A DNA stretch of 63,771 bases, the filler included, from Octopus bimaculoides (lineage: Eukaryota): NCBI RefSeq assembly GCF_001194135.2. It is 7 parts of 6 records of this genome, joined end to end, with 100 filler letters (N's around TTAATTAATTAA, not from the genome) between each part and the next. Parts side by side here need not be neighbours in the genome. Positions count along the whole stretch, not along the records: positions 56,848 to 63,771 come from NC_068983.1; 6 more parts are not named here. One strand, given 5' to 3'. The notes below the pieces were generated by a model. The model made no database searches, was not told the DNA's origin, and worked only from the letters and a program-made list of their open reading frames with translations. This document shows, piece after piece, positions 62,231 through 63,771 of the stretch. Each line of letters begins with the position of its first letter. Position 1 is the first letter of the stretch. A program made the translations under genes and the position numbers.

Positions 62231-63485
62231 AATAGGGCAGTATTGACTTTTCAGGGTCTCNNNNNNNNNNNNNNNNNNNNNNNNNNNNNNNNNNNNNNNN
62301 NNNNNNNNNNNNNNNNNNNNNNNNNNNNNNNNNNNNNNNNNNNNNNNNNNNNNNNNNNNNNNNNNNNNNNNNNNNNNNNNNNNNNNNNNNNNNNNNNNNN
62401 NNNNNNNNNNNNNNNNNNNNNNNNNNNNNNNNNNNNNNNNNNNNNNNNNNNNNNNNNNNNNNNNNNNNNNNNNNNNNNNNNNNNNNNNNNNNNNNNNNNN
62501 NNNNNNNNNNNNNNNNNNNNNNNNNNNNNNNNNNNNNNNNNNNNNNNNNNNNNNNNNNNNNNNNNNNNNNNNNNNNNNNNNNNNNNNNNNNNNNNNNNNN
62601 NNNNNNNNNNNNNNNNNNNNNNNNNNNNNNNNNNNNNNNNNNNNNNNNNNNNNNNNNNNNNNNNNTATATATATATGCTGTGAAAACACATGAGCTAGTG
62701 GTTAGGGTGTTGCACTCAGGATCGTGCTCTTAATTTCTAGACTGTGTGATACGTTGTGGGAGTCCATCATATGTATGTATGTATGATAACTGTAGTTAAC
62801 TGGGCGGAACAGTTATTTTATCGAGCGTGGAATAATGGAAGTCAGAATGGAGCTTGACCGGATACAGAACAAATTTGAAATGCAGCTGAAAAAGACTAAA
62901 CACTACTGAGCATGTTTTCCTTTGCACCCATATTTCTCTTCTAGTTCTAACTGTAACGACGATACAATGCTAGCTTTACAAATGCACTAGAAATACACTA
63001 ATAATTAAAATGTGGCACAGGTAACCAGAATTAAGTTTGATTTTCTTTCAGTCAGACCTGTCAAAAGTTGCCCACAGTATACAGAAGACAATTAATAAGT
63101 TTAAAGAATAGTTGGGTTTTTTTACCTCCTCCTCCGCCGTTATTTTTACTTTTCTTCAATCATAAGGCGATTACAGTAAAGCTATCATGTGTTGCTATAA
63201 TTAGATTCAGGACATTAATTTTCTTTTTTCAGCAGGTTTGCTCTTTTGATATCGTTAACCATAGCACAAAATCGATTCCTCTCAACTACTTTTAAAATGT
63301 CTCTTCGTTTTCTTTCTCTTTTTATTCGAATATATTTCATTGTAGTGGTTTTCTTTCGTGTAACTTCCTTTTGAATTCATGTTTGTTAACAATAAGTCAA
63401 AATTATAAGTAGATCAAAAATTGAATTTAGAAATGTTGTTTAGGCTTCAGTTTTACACATACGCACACATACGCACATACACACA

Positions 63486-63526
<41 letters not shown>

Positions 63527-63715
63527 TACTTCTTTATTTGTTATGTGTTATATTATTTCCTTTCTTTTATCGAGTTTTTCGACAAAGATCTATACACAAA
63601 TAGAAGACAACTCATTGTAAGATATGTGTAACATTTGATATTAATCTCTCTGATGAATGACTTTGACGTAGTTAATAGTAACATTCCATACACGTTTGCA
63701 TACACATGTAGACAC

Positions 63716-63771
<56 letters not shown>

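Noticed and set aside
2307-63771. Numerous ORFs rich in YI/HT/CV/RE/LS or X
   Set aside because: They are translations of (AT)n, (AC)n, (AG)n microsatellites and N gaps.

Overview
Repeat-rich, AT-rich animal genomic DNA with many gaps. The SINE and MITE families and the microsatellite load point to Octopus (inference, not checked). Six artificial 100-nt spacers (44N-TTAATTAATTAA-44N) split the window into seven joined scaffolds, so neighbours across spacers need not be neighbours in vivo. Only one coding exon is confidently identifiable: the first coding exon of CTP synthase (15497-15662, minus strand, 55 codons plus a phase-1 intron). The rest is tRNA-derived SINEs, decayed LINE fragments (Vingi-, CR1- and RTE-like), hAT, piggyBac and mariner-type MITEs, foldback elements, microsatellites, and an 8.6-kb (CGTT/CGTA)n higher-order satellite with internal inversions. 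The most interesting observation is a set of minimal hammerhead-ribozyme-like motifs of the Penelope-associated, dimer-cleaving type, in three distinct sequence contexts. One context is a palindromic chimera of tRNA-like head, (AAT)n and hammerhead tail, present twice (48901-49340 and 57693-57995). It may be a non-autonomous, Pol III-driven, Penelope-mobilised element. Weaker candidates are an RFX X-box promoter with a first-exon donor (10767-10829) and a microexon plus terminal exon of an unidentified plus-strand gene ending in -QTVV (35201-37729). Nearly all ORFs in the supplied track are artefacts of microsatellites, satellite or N runs.
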